A stretch of DNA of 64,000 bases from Patescibacteria group bacterium. GTDB taxonomy: Bacteria; Patescibacteriota; Microgenomatia; UBA1400; PJMF01. The stretch lies in the NCBI GenBank assembly GCA_040879165.1, contig JBBDKV010000003.1, positions 46,838 through 110,837 of the forward strand, given 5' to 3'. The notes under the pieces were generated by a model. That model was not told the DNA's origin, did not search any database, and saw nothing but the letters and a program-made list of their open reading frames with translations. Below, in pieces: positions 59,719 to 64,000 of this stretch. Each line of letters begins with the position of its first letter. Position 1 is the first letter of the stretch. The position numbers and the translations under genes were made by a program.

Positions 59719-59832
59719 TTATCCTTGCTTCTGCTTATGCTTGGGATTGATACAAATCACCCGCAATACCCCTCTGCGACGAATGGTTTTGCAGTTAACA
59801 CACAATGTTTTGACAGATGATTTTACTTTCAT
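59719..59832 (-). CDS. rpmJ: 50S ribosomal protein L36 (37 aa; below the ORF-track size cutoff)
   Basis: Manual translation [37 protein letters not shown] with the Zn-ribbon C-x2-C...C...H pattern. Confidence 0.88.
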   Translation of the reverse strand: MKVKSSVKTLCVNCKTIRRRGVLRVICINPKHKQKQG

Positions 59833-59876
59833 AAACAGGGTTGAAATATACCAGGCGGGACTCGATTTGAAAAGGA

Positions 59877-60206
59877 CTAATTTGACTGCGAGTTACTTTT
59901 GGTTGATCTATAGGTAATTTTACACTTTTTGAGGTCATATTTTGATACATAACCCTTGACGCTATCACCAGGCATAACGCGAATACGAAAGAGTCGCATT
60001 TTACCCACTAATGTACCAAGAAGAGTCATTCCCACCATTTGTGGAATTTGTGCCTCGGTAACCTTGACTTTAAACATAGTATTGGGTAAACAGGCCTCGA
60101 CTACGCCTTCAACCTCAAAACGATCAGCATGACCACTCGTAGTAGCACTCGTATCTACTTGACGCTTAGCTTTAGCTGCTCGTTTGTGTTCTTGAACTTT
60201 ACCCAT
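59877..60206 (-). CDS. infA: Translation initiation factor IF-1 with an N-terminal extension and an internal insertion
   Basis: S1-like core [18 protein letters not shown]...[16 protein letters not shown]...[11 protein letters not shown]. It is 109 aa versus about 72 aa typically. Confidence 0.8.
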   Translation of the reverse strand: MGKVQEHKRAAKAKRQVDTSATTSGHADRFEVEGVVEACLPNTMFKVKVTEAQIPQMVGMTLLGTLVGKMRLFRIRVMPGDSVKGYVSKYDLKKCKITYRSTKSNSQSN

Positions 60207-60966
60207 AGAGGTCTATTATACCAGAAGTAGAGGGTTTTGTCAGCACTTCACACCCTGTAGCGGTCACTAAGACAGTGTCCTCAAACATGCCCGTTAAGGA
60301 GCGATCGCGACTGCGATATGTCCAGCCATCATCATCAAGCTGCAGAACAGCAGAACCGGCAGCGTACATAATCTCTACCGCAATCGTCTGATCCTCTTCT
60401 AACTGGACTCGTTTATCTGCTTGTATGGCCACGCAAGGAATATTTGGTGGCATATGCAGTTGTGCACCGACACCATGCCCCGTTAACTCACGAACTGCAC
60501 TGTAGCCCGCTTTTTCCACAACGCGCTGCATGGCCCTGCTGACATCAAATACTCGAGCACCAGCTTGTACCTCAGCCAGAGCTGCTGCCAACGAAGCTTT
60601 ACCAACATCGAGAAACTTGACCAGCTGAGAATCATTTGACTCCACCAGAAAAGAAATTGAGGTGTCTAGGTGATAGCCTTCGTAGATCAAGCCAATATCA
60701 ATGGTAATGCAGTCACCAGCTACGACTTTTTGCTTGTCGGGGATACCGTGACACAATCCGTCATTTTTCATGATGCAGGTTGCCCAGTTGTAGCCTGGAA
60801 CTGTTGAAAAACTTGGTTTGACTTGGTGCTCTGCCAATAGCGCCTGGGCGTTTTCCTCAATCTGAGCAAAGGAGTGTCCAACCGCCACTGAACTGACAAG
60901 CCTGTCACGAATAGTGCCTAAAACTGCACCGCCCTTTCGCATGGCTGTGATCCGATCCACGGACAT
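60199..60966 (-). CDS. map: Methionine aminopeptidase type I
   Basis: It has GHGVG...H and the metal ligands D...D...H...E...E in pita-bread fold pattern. Confidence 0.88.
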   Translation of the reverse strand: MSVDRITAMRKGGAVLGTIRDRLVSSVAVGHSFAQIEENAQALLAEHQVKPSFSTVPGYNWATCIMKNDGLCHGIPDKQKVVAGDCITIDIGLIYEGYHLDTSISFLVESNDSQLVKFLDVGKASLAAALAEVQAGARVFDVSRAMQRVVEKAGYSAVRELTGHGVGAQLHMPPNIPCVAIQADKRVQLEEDQTIAVEIMYAAGSAVLQLDDDGWTYRSRDRSLTGMFEDTVLVTATGCEVLTKPSTSGIIDLYG

Positions 60967-61002
60967 ACAATCCTTACTGCTGAGTAAATACTGTGTTACT
61001 GA

Positions 61003-61539
61003 TTACTCTTGCAAACCTGATTTAATTGCCTCAAAGACTTCCTCAACACTCATTTCGCCATCAACTTCCAATACTTTGTTTTCATTGCGATAAAACTCCA
61101 CCACAGGCTCAGTGTGGGTATGAAAGAGCTCGATACGCTTGCGAATTGCTGCCAAGGTCTCGTCTTCACGCTGATCTTCTCGACCAGAAATCCGCCAAAG
61201 CGCTTCACGATCCGAAACATTCATATACACTACTTTATCTACCCCACCATTAAACGCTTCGGCTTGAACTGCGGTCCGGGGAAATCCATCGAGTATATAG
61301 CCATTTTGATACTCAGGCTTTGCCAGGTACTCCAAAACAACTTCAAGGGTGGTCTCGTCGGGAACCAGTGCACCTGCATTGAGTGTTTCTTTTAACCAGC
61401 GACCAAGCTTGGTTTTTTCTTTAGCCATTTCGCGAAAAATATGACCAGAAGATAAGTACGGAATCCCAAAATGATCTGACAACAAACTGCCTTGAGTCGA
61501 CTTGCCAGCACCCTGAATACCAATCAAAACTAATTTCAT
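61003..61539 (-). CDS. adk: Adenylate kinase
   Basis: It has the GIQGAGKST P-loop, with LID- and NMP-domain patterns. Confidence 0.9.
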   Translation of the reverse strand: MKLVLIGIQGAGKSTQGSLLSDHFGIPYLSSGHIFREMAKEKTKLGRWLKETLNAGALVPDETTLEVVLEYLAKPEYQNGYILDGFPRTAVQAEAFNGGVDKVVYMNVSDREALWRISGREDQREDETLAAIRKRIELFHTHTEPVVEFYRNENKVLEVDGEMSVEEVFEAIKSGLQE

Positions 61540-61582
61540 ACAACCTCCCTTATAACCTCGAATTAGCGGGGTTAGATACGTG

Positions 61583-62866
61583 TTAAATATATTTATCGTA
61601 CTGCTGTTCTACGGCACTGCTTTCTACTTGTTTGGTTGTTTCTAAAATGACTGAAACTACAATTAACAGTCCGGTTCCACCAATCGCCAACGATTGAATG
61701 TCAGTTAGATATTGCGCTATCGATGGCAGAATGGCCACAAATCCCAGGAAAGTAGCGCCCGCAAAAGTAATTCGAGTGACTACATACTCCAAGTGTTTTT
61801 TGGTAGGACTACCAGGGCGAATTCCCGCCACAAAGGCACCGCTTTTCTTAAGTTCATTAGAGATATCTTCAGCATTAAAGAAAATCAGGGCAGAGAAGTA
61901 GGTAAATAAGAAGACAATAGCAAAATACACACTCATATAGACGCCTGAGGTCGGCTGAAACCAGAGCGTTAGGTTGCGTCCGAGCTCGGCAACCCAGGGT
62001 TGTTGCGCCGCAACCATAAATCGAGCTAAAAATGGCGGCGCTAGCATAAGTGATACAGCAAAAATAATTGGCAGCACTCCGGCTACATTGACCTTAATTG
62101 GCAAGTGTGTTGATTGACCACCATACACCTTACTACCCCGAACTCGCTTGGCATACTGAATGCTGACCTTTCGGATAGCTTCTGTCATAAACGTTATCAA
62201 GCCAATGACCGCCAAAAATACTCCAGCAAAGACGGCAAGTGTCAGAAGTTGGTCGGAAGTAATCAACGACACAACTTGCGCTCCAGCCACTGGTAATTGA
62301 CTCAAGATACCTGCGAGCAAAATCATGGAAATACCATTGCCCAAACCATGCAGCGAAATTAACTCACCCAGCCACATAACGACCAAAGCACCGGTCACCA
62401 TAGTCAGCAACATCACTATTAACGTCAGGGGATCTGATGTTTCAATTAATTCCTGACTGCGCAGCAATGCCAACACAGAAATACTCTGAATGACAGCCAA
62501 TGGCACTGAAAGCAAGCGGGTGTATTGATTAATTTTCTCTCGACCCGACTCTCCTTCACGCTGAATTTCTTTCAACTTTGGCAGCACCATGACCGATAGC
62601 TGAATCGCAATCGAGGCCGTAATATAGGGACTAATTCCCACTGCTGTTACCGAGAAATTCTCGAGTGTTCCACCAGCAAAAACATTTAACAGATTTAAAA
62701 ACTGATTACCTGCAAATAACTCTCTCAACTGCACCAAATTAACAGCTGGTACTGGAATGTGAGCGAGAAATCGAAATATAGTGAAAATACCTAGGGTAAA
62801 CAAGAGCTTGTTTCTCAGCTGTGTGTTGGAGAAGATAGTTCGGGCAAGATGTTGTAATCTTTTCAC
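61583..62866 (-). CDS. secY: Preprotein translocase subunit SecY
   Basis: 427 aa, 10 TM. It follows L15. Confidence 0.92.
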   Translation of the reverse strand: MKRLQHLARTIFSNTQLRNKLLFTLGIFTIFRFLAHIPVPAVNLVQLRELFAGNQFLNLLNVFAGGTLENFSVTAVGISPYITASIAIQLSVMVLPKLKEIQREGESGREKINQYTRLLSVPLAVIQSISVLALLRSQELIETSDPLTLIVMLLTMVTGALVVMWLGELISLHGLGNGISMILLAGILSQLPVAGAQVVSLITSDQLLTLAVFAGVFLAVIGLITFMTEAIRKVSIQYAKRVRGSKVYGGQSTHLPIKVNVAGVLPIIFAVSLMLAPPFLARFMVAAQQPWVAELGRNLTLWFQPTSGVYMSVYFAIVFLFTYFSALIFFNAEDISNELKKSGAFVAGIRPGSPTKKHLEYVVTRITFAGATFLGFVAILPSIAQYLTDIQSLAIGGTGLLIVVSVILETTKQVESSAVEQQYDKYI

Positions 62867-62869
62867 GAG

Positions 62870-63331
62870 TTATTTAGTTGGCTGGATAGTTCCTCCAGCT
62901 GCTTCAATTTTGGCTTGAGCGCCCTTGCTGACTGCTACTACTTTTTGATCGGTTGAATCAATGGTCACTTTTCTAGAAATACTGCCACTTGCAACAATTT
63001 TGGCTTTTTTAGCTTTACCTGAAATGATCTTTTCTGCAACCAGGCTCTCAAAGGTAATAGTAGCTGCCTTCATGCTATTGAGCTCACTCAATGTAACGGT
63101 AGCTGTTGGTTTCACAACCTTAAAACGACCTTTACCACGTAACATCGGCATTCTTTTAATAAGCGGTAATTGTCCACCTTCGAACCAAAGAGGAATCTTA
63201 GCGCCTCCTCGAGATTTTTGACCCTTCGTCCCACGTCCAGAAGTATGCCCACCTTTACCTGAGCCGTAGCCACGGCCCACGCGCTTTGCTTTGCGATCAG
63301 TGGTGCTGGTGATGGTGTGTAATAATGACAT
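62870..63331 (-). CDS. rplO: 50S ribosomal protein L15
   Basis: [28 protein letters not shown]. Confidence 0.92.
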   Translation of the reverse strand: MSLLHTITSTTDRKAKRVGRGYGSGKGGHTSGRGTKGQKSRGGAKIPLWFEGGQLPLIKRMPMLRGKGRFKVVKPTATVTLSELNSMKAATITFESLVAEKIISGKAKKAKIVASGSISRKVTIDSTDQKVVAVSKGAQAKIEAAGGTIQPTK

Positions 63332-63333
63332 GA

Positions 63334-64000
63334 TTACTTAGTTGCTTTGGATATTTTGTTAGCTGGCGCTTTTTTAGCTGCTTTTTTAGCGACTGGTTTT
63401 TTATCTGACTGTGTCTTTTTAGAGGCTGTTTTAGCTGCTGCTGTCGGTGCTTTTTTTGTTGTATTGGCTGAAGTCACTGATTTCTTAGCAGCGGCGTTAC
63501 TTTTGGCGACAGCTTCTTTGGCGTGCTCTTTGACTCGAGCTTGCTCAACTGCTACCTTAGCTTCTTCTTCTGCCTCAACTTGAGCAACTGACTTGAGCTC
63601 AACGCCTTTGAGCACTACGATGCGACGAATGCGATTAAGCGCTTCAAAGGTAGCGTAGACACTTGATGACTGGTTTTCACTACCAAGAATCTTACTGGAA
63701 ATATCGCGTATGCCTGCTGCCTCAACAACCGCTCTGACTGGCCCGCCGGCAATAACACCGGAACCAACTGGAGCTGGCTTAAGCATCACCCGACCCGCAC
63801 CTTTTTTGACCACAACTCGAAAAGGAATGGTGGTACCGTCCAAAGGAACGTCAATCATTTTTTTCTTGGCTTTTTTAACACCCTTGCGCATGGCTGCCAA
63901 CACGTCATTGGCCTTACCCAGACCGACACCGACGCGACCTTTTTTGTCGCCAACGACCATCAACACAGAAAAGCCAACATTATTTCCGCCCTTGGTTTTT
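63334..64000 (-). CDS. rpsE: 30S ribosomal protein S5, partial (N-terminus beyond the window end), with a long K/A-rich C-terminal tail
   Basis: The reverse translation continues without a start to the window edge (...[23 protein letters not shown]). The C-terminal ~90 aa are A/K/T-rich. The S5 stop abuts the L15 start, so there is no L30 gene. Confidence 0.88.
   Translation of the reverse strand, partial: KTKGGNNVGFSVLMVVGDKKGRVGVGLGKANDVLAAMRKGVKKAKKKMIDVPLDGTTIPFRVVVKKGAGRVMLKPAPVGSGVIAGGPVRAVVEAAGIRDISSKILGSENQSSSVYATFEALNRIRRIVVLKGVELKSVAQVEAEEEAKVAVEQARVKEHAKEAVAKSNAAAKKSVTSANTTKKAPTAAAKTASKKTQSDKKPVAKKAAKKAPANKISKATK

Noticed and set aside
1-64000. CRISPR arrays, rRNA genes, transposases/IS elements
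   Set aside because: No regularly spaced direct repeats, no 16S/23S/5S signatures, and no DDE or serine/tyrosine recombinase ORFs were seen.

Overview
The window is about 46% GC, gene-dense, standard-code bacterial DNA. It has the hallmarks of a Candidate Phyla Radiation / Patescibacteria genome, most plausibly Saccharibacteria (TM7). Signatures for that call: the ribosomal cluster has no L30 between S5 and L15; S9, L17, S5 and IF-1 carry Lys/Ala-rich extensions; RF2 is present (so UGA is a stop); purA/purB salvage genes are present; PMT/GT-C glycosyltransferases are unusually abundant.

Layout:
- 1-16 kb: housekeeping genes (glmS, mgtE, RRM protein, purB, purA, ZIP transporter, YibE/F, GT-C, hydrolase, rmuC, metG, tatD).
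- 16.1-23.0 kb: a contiguous co-directional lipid-linked glycan assembly operon (GT2 with QxxRW, GT-C, WecA-like, DPPR-synthase-like UbiA, GT39).
- 23-31 kb: a 1023-aa UvrD-like helicase fused to a PD-(D/E)XK nuclease, an aldo-keto reductase, small unknown ORFs, a secreted protein, a low-GC hypothetical gene next to tRNA-Pro(GGG) with a degenerate att-like repeat, then recA.
- 31-42 kb: rny (RNase Y without a TM anchor, Q-rich N-terminus), secG, an orphan SBP5, cyclophilin, DUF4012-like protein, prfB, and ftsE (long disordered tail)-ftsX-M23/EnvC.
- 42.3-51.8 kb: the accessory-looking part. Three unannotated tandem small hydrophobic proteins; a secreted protein with a non-LPXTG C-terminal anchor; a promoter-to-terminator candidate sRNA; a ~58-60% GC lipoprotein gene that looks horizontally acquired (possibly from an actinobacterial host); and a translationally coupled GT2 + giant YfhO-like membrane protein followed by a Lamin-tail-domain surface protein with Pro/Thr linkers and VanZ. 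This last group is proposed as a candidate surface-protein O-glycosylation module.
- 51.9-64 kb: HU, a COG4586/4587/3694-type ABC-2 transporter, a HigB/Gp49-like + XRE type II toxin-antitoxin pair, then the conserved S9-L13 and L17-rpoA-S4-S11-S13-L36-IF1-map-adk-secY-L15-S5 block.

No CRISPR array, rRNA or transposase was seen.
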